From Patescibacteria group bacterium (GTDB lineage: Bacteria; Patescibacteriota; Minisyncoccia; Ryanbacterales; GWA2-47-10b): a stretch of 61,120 nt of DNA. The notes below the pieces were generated by a model. It was given only the letters and a program-made list of their open reading frames with translations. It made no database searches and was not told the origin of the DNA. The DNA lies in contig JBBTSE010000005.1 of NCBI GenBank assembly GCA_038064855.1, positions 1 through 61,120 of the forward strand. Direction: 5' to 3'. The position numbers were made by a program, and so were the translations under genes. Numbering within the stretch: the stretch's first letter is position 1; every line of letters begins with the position of its first letter. Shown piece after piece: positions 1-8,767 of this stretch.

Positions 1-43
1 CGACGCTCTTCAGGCGTCTGCTCTACCACTGAGCTACCACGGC
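1..43 (-). tRNA. tRNA-Phe (anticodon GAA), 3' part cut by window edge
   Basis: Reverse complement reads GCCGTGG-TA-GCTC-AGTGGTA-GAGC-A-GACGC-CTGAAGA-GCGTC. This gives the acceptor 5' strand, D arm and anticodon arm with loop CU-GAA-GA. Confidence 0.8.
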
Positions 44-85
44 AGGTAAAAAGATAATAGCAAACTTCCTGCAGATTTCAATTCT

Positions 86-160
86 TGGTGCGCGGTGAGG
101 GATTCGAACCCCCGACCTTTGCTGTGTAAAAGCACTGCTCTACCACTGAGCTAACCGCGC
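86..160 (-). tRNA. tRNA-Val (anticodon TAC), CCA encoded
   Basis: Full cloverleaf on the reverse complement. Acceptor GCGCGGT/ACCGCGC, D arm GCTC-AGTGGTA-GAGC, anticodon loop TT-TAC-AC, T arm GGGGG-TTCGAAT-CCCTC, then A-CCA. Confidence 0.85.
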
Positions 161-204
161 ATTGTCCCATCATTCTACACATTTCTATAAAAAAATAAAC
201 CCCG

Positions 205-233
205 CCCACAACTGCCATCATGGCAGTTGTGGG
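205..233. terminator. Hairpin CCCACAACTGCC-atcat-GGCAGTTGTGGG flanked by an A-run and a T-rich tail (bidirectional terminator candidate)
   Basis: Perfect 12-bp inverted repeat with a 5-nt loop. It lies 16 nt downstream of the stop of the minus-strand ORF 249..665. Confidence 0.5.
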
Positions 234-248
234 TTGGGGTTTTGGCGC

Positions 249-665
249 TTATGCGGCTGTGCCAGTCGCTCCTCCCGTTTGACGGGAGGTCACTGCCAGA
301 CGTCTCCTAGCGCGGCGAGCCTGCTCTTGAGCTTGGCGCCCCGTCAGCACGGAAAAACCAAAATGCTCCGCAAGATGAATCGCCTCGAGGCGTCGCGTTC
401 GATGCTCCTCGTAGTGACTTGGATCCTGCGTCAGCTTGAGGCTGAGCGCTGTGATCACGGTCTTGATCCGCGCGATAACCTCCGCGCGACCAGTGTGAGG
501 TGAGGTACCAAAGACTTCTTCGAATCTCTTTGCCGCAGCAGCCTGAGCTGCCGCCTCCTTACTGCGGGTCTGCTCCTTGCGAGAGCGAAACCTCTGCAGC
601 ACAGAGATGAGAAGAAATGCTAAGCCGAAGGCACCGGCAACTTTAACGAGTGTAATAGTGTACAT
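249..665 (-). CDS. Hypothetical small membrane-anchored protein (138 aa)
   Basis: Strong SD AAGGAGGG about 7 nt upstream of the ATG on the minus strand. N-terminal hydrophobic helix MYTITLVKVAGAFGLAFLLISVL, Arg/Ala/Glu-rich tail, GC-rich relative to surroundings. No family recognised. Confidence 0.6.
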   Translation of the reverse strand: MYTITLVKVAGAFGLAFLLISVLQRFRSRKEQTRSKEAAAQAAAAKRFEEVFGTSPHTGRAEVIARIKTVITALSLKLTQDPSHYEEHRTRRLEAIHLAEHFGFSVLTGRQAQEQARRARRRLAVTSRQTGGATGTAA

Positions 666-761
666 CAGCCTTCCCTCCTTGGGTAAATGAAGAACGAATT
701 TCCTGAAAAAATAATATCAAATAGGGATGATTTCGTCAAGTGCCCTGTTGGAAAACCCTTG

Positions 762-833
762 TGTCCTCGGCAGGAATCGAACCTGCACCATCTCCTTCGG
801 AGGGAGATATTCTATCCATTGAACTACGAGGAC
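762..833 (-). tRNA. tRNA-Arg (anticodon CCG), no encoded CCA
   Basis: Reverse complement folds as GTCCTCG-TA-GTTC-AATGGATA-GAAT-A-TCTCC-CTCCGAA-GGAGA-TGGT-GCAGG-TTCGATT-CCTGC-CGAGGAC-A. Confidence 0.85.
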
Positions 834-840
834 ATCTTTT

Positions 841-1365
841 TTATGTGTGACGATCAGCGACCACCGAGGCGCCGTACGAATAGGGCTTGATAACGGGCAC
901 AAACCCAAACCCACGCACCATGCCGGCGATACCATCGATAAATGACTTAGTGGGACCGCCCATCCCCATGTCGAGGTGGATACAGCGAACCTCGAGCCGC
1001 TCTTCCCAAAAAACTTCGTCGCCAATCACTTCGCGCACGGTACTACGAATCTCCTGCGCAAGCGTGATTGAAAGAAATGCTTCCTTCCAGATGCGATCGC
1101 GCATCCCATGAAACTCTTGATTGTTACGCGTCCAAAAGTAAATGGCGCCGTTGCCCACCTTGCGTACTACGATCGCCGTGACAAACGCGGCACTCCCACT
1201 CTCTGCCGCCTCCGAATCGCTCCCCACGACAACCTCGTAGGTCGCATCGGGGTTGAGTGCGATTTTATCACGAATGCGCATTACAACCTCACGAAGAGAA
1301 AGTGGCTCTCCCGCCTCCGAACGAAATAGTTGCTTTGTATTGTTAGATAAGGTTTCCTTGGACAT
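841..1365 (-). CDS. DUF458/YkuK-like RNase H-fold protein
   Basis: Motif block YEVVVGSDSE...AFVTAIVVRKVGNGAIYFW...MRDRIWKEAFLS matches my memory of the YkuK family. Start set at MSKETL (ATG 1365); the longer track ORF (to 1497) would run deep into the upstream gene. Confidence 0.65.
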   Translation of the reverse strand: MSKETLSNNTKQLFRSEAGEPLSLREVVMRIRDKIALNPDATYEVVVGSDSEAAESGSAAFVTAIVVRKVGNGAIYFWTRNNQEFHGMRDRIWKEAFLSITLAQEIRSTVREVIGDEVFWEERLEVRCIHLDMGMGGPTKSFIDGIAGMVRGFGFVPVIKPYSYGASVVADRHT

Positions 1366-1924
1366 ATGCTTCTCTCTCTCGTGGTTTAATATCAGACCAT
1401 CTGACCGGTATGCGTATACGCCCCCGATCACGCGTATCGCCGAGTACAAATCCGCGCTCGCGCCCAAACTCGTAGAGGTCACGGGTAAGCGTAACATCTT
1501 TTAGACAATATTCCTTTACCTTGTCTTTTAAACCGTCGCGCCACCACCAAATCGCATCGAGCCCGTAGCCGATTTTTCCCGCGCCGAGTGTTGCTCGCGA
1601 GAGGTTATCCAAAGAAAGTCGGAAGCCAGCTGACTTCTCAATATCCTCCATAAGATCGAGTACATGGAGCTTTTGCAAATCAATACCGACATGTGGCTGT
1701 AATACCGGCAAGTCAAAGTGATTGATATTAAATCCGATAAGAAGCCCCGAGTCTCGCAGTAGTGGTTCGAGCTCGCCAAACTCGTGCTTCTCATAGGCAT
1801 ACGCGCGCTTGGTGTTGTACGCATAGGTACCCACCACCGTCACGCCGAGCATTTGCATATTCTGCTTTCCGCCAACCTCTTTGAATTCCTTCTCTGTCTC
1901 TATATCAAGAACTATCGTTTCCAT
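1343..1924 (-). CDS. RNase H-like / DEDD-type 3'-5' exonuclease domain protein
   Basis: N-terminal LDIETE (Exo I-like acidic motif), then FNINHFDLPVL and YCLKDVTLTRDLY blocks typical of DnaQ-like/YprB-like exonuclease folds. Overlaps the downstream gene by 23 nt. Confidence 0.55.
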   Translation of the reverse strand: METIVLDIETEKEFKEVGGKQNMQMLGVTVVGTYAYNTKRAYAYEKHEFGELEPLLRDSGLLIGFNINHFDLPVLQPHVGIDLQKLHVLDLMEDIEKSAGFRLSLDNLSRATLGAGKIGYGLDAIWWWRDGLKDKVKEYCLKDVTLTRDLYEFGRERGFVLGDTRDRGRIRIPVRWSDIKPREREAYVQGNLI

Positions 1925-1989
1925 ATGTGTATGTATCTATTTCTATCATGCGGGGTGTTCGAGCGTCAAAACGCTGATATACTATCACT

Positions 1990-2865
1990 ATGAATCAAGA
2001 TGTACTCTTGCTCGCCGTGGTAGTCATCGGACTCATCGCAGTTGCACACTTTACCACGCTCGGTGGTGGCATCTCGGGCAGTGTTATCACACCTCTGGAC
2101 CCGAAAGCTGAATTTGGTGTCATCCGTATGCAAGAATCGGTATTACGAGCGCCCCGCAATGGTGGTGGAGCTCCACCGATAGTAGTACCGCCTCCCGCAC
2201 CATTGCAAGATATATTTGCACGCTCATTTTCTCTCTCAACACGCAACGCAAAATCACGAAATATCAACGAAGAATATGTAGAAATAATATACGCGCCAGC
2301 AAAAAATGCCGCCCCCGTCGATATTAGCGATTGGGTGATTGGTGATAGCAAGGGTGAATCATACAAACTGGGAGGAATCTCGAATCTACCCGGCATCTCC
2401 TCGCTATATAACCAAGATCGCCTTATACTCCGTAACCCTGCGCGAGTTCATATTGTTACCGGCCGTAGTCCCTTGGGTGAAAACTTTCGTCTCAATAAAT
2501 GCGCGTCCTATCTCTCTCAATATAAAACATTTACCCCGAGCATACCGGGATCGTGCCCCTCACCTTCACGAGAACCTGGGCAAGACGGCTTGAGTGATAC
2601 CTGCTACCAATATGTTAAAACCTTGTCGGCATGTCGCATACCGACCAACATCCCGTTTTTTCTTGATAACACCTGCCGAGAATTTATCATGCGTACTGCA
2701 AGCTATGATGCGTGCGTGAAAAACCATAAAAGTGATTCAGATTTCTATGGTGATGAGTATTGGGTCTACCTCAACCGCCCCGAACATATCTGGTCGGATG
2801 TGCGCGATTCAGTGATACTCAAAGACGCGCGCGGATCGATCATCAAATCTATCTCGTATCAGTAA
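1990..2865 (+). CDS. Membrane-anchored protein with lamin-tail-domain-like segment and Cys-rich C-terminal region
   Basis: N-terminal TM (LLLAVVVIGLIAVAHF). INEEYVEIIY..APVDISDWVIGDSKGESYKLG resembles the LTD signature (EYVEL.N...VDLSGW). Eight Cys in the C-terminal half. Confidence 0.45.
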   Translation: MNQDVLLLAVVVIGLIAVAHFTTLGGGISGSVITPLDPKAEFGVIRMQESVLRAPRNGGGAPPIVVPPPAPLQDIFARSFSLSTRNAKSRNINEEYVEIIYAPAKNAAPVDISDWVIGDSKGESYKLGGISNLPGISSLYNQDRLILRNPARVHIVTGRSPLGENFRLNKCASYLSQYKTFTPSIPGSCPSPSREPGQDGLSDTCYQYVKTLSACRIPTNIPFFLDNTCREFIMRTASYDACVKNHKSDSDFYGDEYWVYLNRPEHIWSDVRDSVILKDARGSIIKSISYQ

Positions 2866-3325
2866 GACCGTAAACTGCAATCCCAACCGCAACACTCACA
2901 TTGAGTGATTCTTTTGCGCCACGCATAGGAATGACAATACTTGCATCGGTTTTTTCTAGTAATAGGCCTGACAACCCTCTTACCTCATTGCCAGCGACAA
3001 GTGCTAGCGGAAACCGCGGGCGAAACTTACGATAATCAATCGCGCCTTCATGTTGTTCGAGTGCTACGATATAAAAATCTTCTTTCTTGAGTTCAGCGAT
3101 GAGACGCGAGATATCTACTCTATGTTCCCATGCAACCGAGTTTTCTGCACCAAGCGCCGTCTTTGTGATTTCTTTACGCACTCTCCCCATTTCATCGACC
3201 GGGCTTGGCGTATAGCCGGTCATGTAAACCTTGCTGATACCTGCGCCGTCAGCGGTACGCAATACGGAGCCTACATTGTGTAGGCTCCGTACATTGTGCA
3301 GTACTACGACAATCTCTTGAGTCAA
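2849..3325 (-). CDS. SpoU/TrmH-family RNA 2'-O-methyltransferase
   Basis: LHNVRSLHNVGSVLRTADGAG, LVAGNEVRGLS and IPMRGAKESLNVSVAVGI match the three SpoU methylase motifs. Confidence 0.8.
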   Translation of the reverse strand: MTQEIVVVLHNVRSLHNVGSVLRTADGAGISKVYMTGYTPSPVDEMGRVRKEITKTALGAENSVAWEHRVDISRLIAELKKEDFYIVALEQHEGAIDYRKFRPRFPLALVAGNEVRGLSGLLLEKTDASIVIPMRGAKESLNVSVAVGIAVYGLTDTR

Positions 3326-3327
3326 AT

Positions 3328-4155
3328 TTATTTGATCTCGTAGGTAAGATTAACTGACGCTATGATTTCATTTTCGCCTGGCTGGATACTTGGTGCAGGC
3401 ACCGCCATACTCTTCTCCATCATATCGCCACCCATACCCATGGCGCGACCATAATAGACGGGCATACCACCATTCTCAGAAAAACCGGTGAGTTTACCAA
3501 GACGCACACCGAGATTGCCGGCAAGTGTCTTTGCCTCCGCGCGCGCTTTCGTAATAGCAGCTTCGCGTGCCTCTGCCTTCAATCTTTCTACCACCTCATC
3601 GTCAACCGTAAATTGCAACTGACCAATCTGGTTTACACCTGCCTGGGTGGCACCCGTGGTGATCTTGCCGATATCATCGAGCTTACGCACTTTGACGGCA
3701 ACCGTCTCCTCAATCACAAACTTTTTGGTACCTTTGCGCGGAGGACAAATAACACTTGCTCCATCAGTGCTTACGCATGGACGATAATCATACTCTTCGG
3801 AGGGATAAATAGTATATGAGGTCGTCTTAATGTCACGATCTTCGATACCACTCTTCTTGAGAAACGCGATGAGTGCCTCTGATTTTTTTGCCTCAGCGTT
3901 ACGCGCCACCTCGAGTGAAGCGTTCTCTTCATGAATCGTAAAAGAGATAAGACCGATACCAGGTCTTACTACCCGCTTTTCCTCAGCAGATACTGAGATG
4001 GTGCGTGATGGATAATCAGTCTGATGGTAGGTACCCTTAGCCGCAACCAACAAAAAAATCGCGAGCGTGGCGAGTACTACGATAATAAGCCATCGCATGA
4101 GCCCGCCAGAAGACGAACTGATGGATACCTTAAACCCTTCTTTTTCTTGTTCCAT
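3328..4155 (-). CDS. SIMPL (DUF541) domain periplasmic/secreted protein
   Basis: N-terminal TM, then the SIMPL-like layout (AEAKKSEALIAFLKKSGIEDRDIKT...IQPGENEIIASVNLTYEI). Confidence 0.65.
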   Translation of the reverse strand: MEQEKEGFKVSISSSSGGLMRWLIIVVLATLAIFLLVAAKGTYHQTDYPSRTISVSAEEKRVVRPGIGLISFTIHEENASLEVARNAEAKKSEALIAFLKKSGIEDRDIKTTSYTIYPSEEYDYRPCVSTDGASVICPPRKGTKKFVIEETVAVKVRKLDDIGKITTGATQAGVNQIGQLQFTVDDEVVERLKAEAREAAITKARAEAKTLAGNLGVRLGKLTGFSENGGMPVYYGRAMGMGGDMMEKSMAVPAPSIQPGENEIIASVNLTYEIK

Positions 4156-4290
4156 AAAGTGTTATTAAATAGTAATCAATAAAGATGACCCTTGTCCTTA
4201 TTCTAACGGGCGACAGGCAATTTTGCTACGCTTGACCCGGCAACAAAGAATAGGTATCGTAGCTGGGAACTCGTACCGAAAGGAGAATTC

Positions 4291-4566
4291 GTGGCAAAGA
4301 AAAAGGGTGATACGGGTCGTGGATCGTATTGCTCGGTCTGCGGTCTCAAACGCAGAGGCCGGCATCGCTCGCAAGAAGATTGCCGAAAGGCAGTCGAGGT
4401 ATACCACAAGACGCGCCGCCGGCGAGCCAGTAATAGCTTCGCTCGCTACGGTCATACGGCGCCACAAGAATACCGGGGCAACTTCGTTGCCCGTGCCATC
4501 GCCCAGGATCGTGAACGACTCCAGCGCCAACTCGAGGAAGACCGTAAGAAATGGAGCATATGGTAA
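4291..4566 (+). CDS. Hypothetical small Arg/Lys-rich protein (91 aa) with a CxxC pair
   Basis: GTG start 5 nt after AGGAG (4281-4285). Own terminator hairpin at 4587-4610 plus T-run. GC-rich, so several frames are open; this frame is chosen because of the SD and terminator. Confidence 0.5.
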   Translation: MAKKKGDTGRGSYCSVCGLKRRGRHRSQEDCRKAVEVYHKTRRRRASNSFARYGHTAPQEYRGNFVARAIAQDRERLQRQLEEDRKKWSIW

Positions 4567-4586
4567 TGCTCCCTTCACCGCCACAC

Positions 4587-4619
4587 AGCCGTACCCATAT
4601 TGGTACGGCTTATTTTTTA
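4587..4619 (+). terminator. Rho-independent terminator
   Basis: AGCCGTACC-catatt-GGTACGGCT followed by TATTTTTT. Confidence 0.7.
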
Positions 4620-4620
4620 T

Positions 4621-5880
4621 TTATGATTTACCGAGGATGTTGCGAGCGATAACGCGATCATCCCACGGAATCTTCTTGCCACCAGAAAGCGCCATCAGAG
4701 GCTCTGCGCCCTTACCAGTGACAACAATGGTATCGCCGCCACTCGCCTTTTGTATAGCCATCTCGATAGCTTTCTTACGATCAAGCTCGATTATCGGCTT
4801 ATGAGTAGTAATACCCTTTGAAACTTCATCGATGATTATCTTTGGGTCTTCGTCATACGGATCTTCATCGGTCAAAATAATTTCATCACAAAACTGATCG
4901 GCAATCTTACCTAACTCGGGACGCTTCCATTTGTCGCGCCCACCACCAGCCGCCCCCAGCACACACACGAAGCGCTTTGCTTGCGGTTTGAGCGTCTCAT
5001 ACACTTTGGTAAGCGCATCGGGTGTATGCGCATAATCAACCACCACCGCAAATGGCGCACGAGAAATATATTCGAGTCGCCCCGGTACGCCTAAAACCTT
5101 ACTCACGCCCTGACGCGTTGATTCGGGTGGAATATGGTGAGCGGATGCGACCGCAATCGCACACAAAATATTTTCCAGATTAAACTCACCTTCGAGCGCT
5201 GATTCAAAATGCGTCTTGTCGATTGTAAAAGAAATACCATGTTCAAACAGCACTTCGGAGGGCGAGACTGCGTGGAGCGAACTCTCGAGCAGGCGCGCAT
5301 CTCGCGCGTATTCCCATACCTCTGCATGGGGAGCTGCATCAATAAACCTTTTTGCGTCTTTCATCGCCGCGTTGACTATAATATGTTTTTTCTTTTTCCA
5401 CGAACTGTTGAGTGATCGGAAAATCTTGAGCTTTGCTTCGCGATATTGTTCAAATCCACCATGCGACTCGATATGCTCGGGTGTAAGATTGGTAATCGCA
5501 ACCGTATCAAACGCAATATGCGCGTGGCGAAATTGCCGAGCACCTTCACTCGTCGTCTCAAGAATCACGATATCGCAACCCTTTGCTTTAGCATCAAATA
5601 AAAACTTTTGTACAAAAAAGCGCCCCGGCATCGTCATCTTTTTATCGTTTACTACCTCATCGCTACCAATACGAAACCTCAGTGAAGATGCCGACGCCGT
5701 TTTATGCCCCGCCTCTTCAAAGATGTGGTGCAAAATCTCTACTGTGGTTGATTTACCATTGGTACCCGTGACACCAATAACGGTAAGCTTGCGTGATGGA
5801 AACTGGTACCAGAGGGCAGCCGTGAGCGCCACGCACCAGTGATACGCAAGCATAATTGCCTGAGGGATTAGTTTTCTCAT
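4621..5880 (-). CDS. murE: Mur ligase, MurE-like (UDP-MurNAc-tripeptide synthetase), short N-terminus
   Basis: P-loop GVTGTNGKSTT, central and C-terminal Mur ligase domains, and ILTDEDPYDEDP at the position of the MurE DNPR/EDP motif. Start overlaps the ruvA stop by 4 nt. Confidence 0.7.
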   Translation of the reverse strand: MRKLIPQAIMLAYHWCVALTAALWYQFPSRKLTVIGVTGTNGKSTTVEILHHIFEEAGHKTASASSLRFRIGSDEVVNDKKMTMPGRFFVQKFLFDAKAKGCDIVILETTSEGARQFRHAHIAFDTVAITNLTPEHIESHGGFEQYREAKLKIFRSLNSSWKKKKHIIVNAAMKDAKRFIDAAPHAEVWEYARDARLLESSLHAVSPSEVLFEHGISFTIDKTHFESALEGEFNLENILCAIAVASAHHIPPESTRQGVSKVLGVPGRLEYISRAPFAVVVDYAHTPDALTKVYETLKPQAKRFVCVLGAAGGGRDKWKRPELGKIADQFCDEIILTDEDPYDEDPKIIIDEVSKGITTHKPIIELDRKKAIEMAIQKASGGDTIVVTGKGAEPLMALSGGKKIPWDDRVIARNILGKS

Positions 5881-6452
5881 GCCCTCCCCTTACCGAGCAT
5901 TCGTAATGCTTCTTTTATTTTTTGATCAACGCTTTCGAGATCGCGTGGAAGCTTATGGAGTGCGTCCCTCGCTTCGCGCACATTATAACCAAGCGATACG
6001 AGTGCATCGAGCGCGTCAGATTCTTCAGATGAGATGGTCACGCCGTCAGCACCACCAAGTTTATCTTTGAGCTCAAGCATTATTTTTTCGGCCGTCTTAC
6101 GGCCAATACCCGAAATTTTTGTCAGATATACCGTCTCGCCTGACGCAATCGCCCGCCGGAGCGAATCGAGCGGCGCTACCGAGAGTACGCCGAGAGCCGA
6201 GCGCGGACCGATACCCGAGATACCGATGAGCATCTCAAACATCTCGAGCTCTGACATGGTGGCAAAACCGTAGAGCTCGAGCGCTGTCTCGCGCACCACC
6301 AAGTGTGTAAAAAGCTCGACGGGCTCACCTTTTTTGGGAAGCGTCTTTGCAGTCTCGAGTGATACCGAAACTTTATAGCCAACACCGCCCACATTGATGA
6401 TGAGGTGCTTGGTACCACGAAACGCCAGAATGCCTGAGAGATGTGCTATCAT
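5877..6452 (-). CDS. ruvA: Holliday junction branch-migration complex subunit RuvA
   Basis: MIAHLSGIL....VGGVGYKVSVS OB-fold start, two HhH motifs (ISGIGPRSA, ISGIGRKTAEKI), C-terminal domain III. Confidence 0.9.
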   Translation of the reverse strand: MIAHLSGILAFRGTKHLIINVGGVGYKVSVSLETAKTLPKKGEPVELFTHLVVRETALELYGFATMSELEMFEMLIGISGIGPRSALGVLSVAPLDSLRRAIASGETVYLTKISGIGRKTAEKIMLELKDKLGGADGVTISSEESDALDALVSLGYNVREARDALHKLPRDLESVDQKIKEALRMLGKGRA

Positions 6453-6469
6453 AATCGTGTTTTAATCGT

Positions 6470-8416
6470 ATGTCATTTCGCCTCGTCTCACAATTCCAAC
6501 CATCGGGAGATCAGCCTCAAGCGATTGAGCAACTTTCGCGTGGACTTAAAGACAACAAACACTATCAAACACTTTTGGGAGTTACGGGTTCGGGTAAGAC
6601 TTTTACGATGGCAAATATTATCGCCAACACCGGCAGGCCTGCGCTTATCTTGAGTCATAATAAAACTCTTGCCGCACAACTGTACGAAGAGTTCAAAGAG
6701 TTCTTTCCTGACAGCGCCGTACACTACTTCGTCAGCTACTACGACTACTATCAGCCCGAGGCATACATGCCAAATACTGATACCTATATAGAAAAGGATG
6801 CAAAAATCAATCAGTTTATCGACGAACTTCGTCACGCAGCAACACAGGCCGCGCTCACGCGCAAAGATTTGATTATCGTCGCCTCCGTATCAGCCATCTA
6901 CGGCATTGGCGCACCGGAAGCGTATTTGAATTTTTCATTTACCATGCGCCGAGGCGAGCGTATGAGTCTCAAGGCGCTCTCGGCAAAACTTGCCGAGCTT
7001 CAATATATACGCAATGACATTGAGCGCAAACCGGGCACCTGGTCACGCAAAGGTGATTCGGTGGTCATCGCACTTCCATCAGGTGACCGGGTAGTACGCA
7101 TCAACTTTTTTGGCGATGAGGTAGAAGAAGTCTTGGAAGGTCCGCTCGCGTTTGACACACAACTTGTATCTCAATCAGAAATTCGCATCTTCCCCGCCAA
7201 ACACTTTATGACGCCTGAAGATGATATCAAACGGGCGGCGACTGCGATAGAAAAAGAGCTCGCTGAGCGAACGGGCGAGCTTGAAGAAAATGGGAAAGAG
7301 CTGGAAGCAGAACGATTGCGCAGGCGCGTACGCTATGATCTCCAAATGCTGCGCGAGACTGGCTACACATTGGGTATTGAAAACTACTCGCGGCATTTGG
7401 CAAACCGCGCGCCCGGAGAACCCCCCACCACCATGATTGACTATATGCCTGAAGGGTTTATCACCTTCGTCGACGAATCGCATATGACACTCCCCCAGAT
7501 CCGAGGTATGCAGGCAGGTGACCGCGCACGCAAAACTACGCTCGTTGATTTTGGCTTTCGCCTGCCATCGGCACTCGACAATCGCCCACTTACTTTCGAT
7601 GAATTCAAGAAAAAAATAGGACAGACTATTTTTGTATCCGCCACACCGAGTGCCTATGAAATTGCGCACGGCAATATCGTTGAACAACTCGTCCGTCCGA
7701 CAGGGCTTCTCGATCCCACGGTCGAGGTACGCCCCGCCGGTAAACAAATCGCCGATACCGAAAAAGAAATAGTTATACGCGCAAAGAGAAAAGAACGCTC
7801 CTTGGTGATAGCGCTCACCAAAAAAATGGCCGAAGACATAGCCGAATATTTGGGTGAACGCGATCTCAAAATCGCATGGCTTCATTCGGAGGTAAAAACA
7901 ATCGAGCGCTATGAGATTTTGCAACAATTGCGCCGAGGCGATGTTGATGCAGTGGTAGGCATCAACTTGCTTCGTGAAGGGCTTGATCTCCCCGAAGTAT
8001 CGCTCATTTGTATCTTGGACGCGGACAAAGAAGGTTTTTTGCGCAACATCACCTCATTTATCCAAATAATGGGCCGCGCCTCGCGTCACCCACAGGGTCA
8101 TGTTATTTTATATGCAGATAAAATGACCGACTCGATGCGCAACGCAATAGCCGAGACTACGCGCCGGCGTGCATATCAAGAAGCGTACAACAAAGCGCAT
8201 GGCATCACACCGACCGCGCTCATTAAAGAAATACGCAAACCACTTTTTGCGGGCAAGAAAAAAATAGTCAAAGACGATATGCTCGCCATGTTTGGTAAAG
8301 ACAAGCGATCGGTATCCGAGCTCAAAAAAGAAGTGGAGATGGAAATGCTTGAGGAGGCTGCACGCCTCAACTTTGAGCGCGCTGCCGAACTCCGCGATAT
8401 TTTAAAAAATCTCTAA
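6470..8416 (+). CDS. uvrB: Excinuclease ABC subunit B
   Basis: FQPSGDQPQAI, GVTGSGKTFT Walker A, YYDYYQPEAY beta-hairpin region, DESH box, C-terminal UVR domain (EEAARLNFERAAELRD). Confidence 0.95.
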   Translation: MSFRLVSQFQPSGDQPQAIEQLSRGLKDNKHYQTLLGVTGSGKTFTMANIIANTGRPALILSHNKTLAAQLYEEFKEFFPDSAVHYFVSYYDYYQPEAYMPNTDTYIEKDAKINQFIDELRHAATQAALTRKDLIIVASVSAIYGIGAPEAYLNFSFTMRRGERMSLKALSAKLAELQYIRNDIERKPGTWSRKGDSVVIALPSGDRVVRINFFGDEVEEVLEGPLAFDTQLVSQSEIRIFPAKHFMTPEDDIKRAATAIEKELAERTGELEENGKELEAERLRRRVRYDLQMLRETGYTLGIENYSRHLANRAPGEPPTTMIDYMPEGFITFVDESHMTLPQIRGMQAGDRARKTTLVDFGFRLPSALDNRPLTFDEFKKKIGQTIFVSATPSAYEIAHGNIVEQLVRPTGLLDPTVEVRPAGKQIADTEKEIVIRAKRKERSLVIALTKKMAEDIAEYLGERDLKIAWLHSEVKTIERYEILQQLRRGDVDAVVGINLLREGLDLPEVSLICILDADKEGFLRNITSFIQIMGRASRHPQGHVILYADKMTDSMRNAIAETTRRRAYQEAYNKAHGITPTALIKEIRKPLFAGKKKIVKDDMLAMFGKDKRSVSELKKEVEMEMLEEAARLNFERAAELRDILKNL

Positions 8417-8431
8417 CTGTACATAAAAAAT

Positions 8432-8455
8432 GGAGTTGTTCTGCCGAACAACTCC
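8432..8455. terminator. Hairpin GGAGTTGTTC-tgcc-GAACAACTCC between convergent uvrB and the 64-aa ORF
   Basis: 10-bp perfect stem. The A-run on its left gives a U-tail only for the minus-strand transcript. Confidence 0.55.
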
Positions 8456-8489
8456 CGATACTCTACGCCTGTGCTCTGTGCGGCGGAGC

Positions 8490-8684
8490 TTACCTCTCTT
8501 CTTCACGCTTACGGAACTCCGCATTCATGCGATTGAGAGATTTGCTCAACTCTTTGAGCTCGTTGGCAAAACCCTCAGCGACGAAACCAGCTTTGTTGTC
8601 TCCGAACTGTGCTCGCAGTGCCAACAGTGCGGCAACGCGCGCCCGAAGCTCTTTGCGCCTCTCGACATCTTCGATCGATACCAT
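8490..8684 (-). CDS. Hypothetical 64-aa helical/coiled-coil protein
   Basis: SD GGAGGGG about 4 nt upstream, terminator hairpin downstream, GC-rich. No family recognised. Confidence 0.45.
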   Translation of the reverse strand: MVSIEDVERRKELRARVAALLALRAQFGDNKAGFVAEGFANELKELSKSLNRMNAEFRKREEER

Positions 8685-8767
8685 CTACCCCTCCACAAAG
8701 AATGGGACCCTACCTAGCAAAAGACTACCGACAAACACAAAAAGAGGCAAGTGCTCTCGCCTTCTTT

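Noticed and set aside
841-1497. N-terminal extensions of track ORFs (841-1497, 8768-9520, 9463-9762, 19807-20571, 27543-27926, 40890-41750, 50494-50901, 55992-57464)
   Set aside because: The extensions overlap neighbouring genes or tRNAs and are not family-like. Internal Met (or GTG) starts match the conserved N-termini and give normal spacing.
4198-4804. ORFs 4223-4804 (+) and 4198-4584 (-), and the idea that 4200-4620 is an RNase P or tmRNA gene
   Set aside because: 4223-4804 runs antisense into the well-supported murE gene. No GAGGAAAGUCC/ACAGAA (RNase P) or tRNA-like 3' end (tmRNA) motifs are present. The 91-aa frame with SD and terminator explains the region better.
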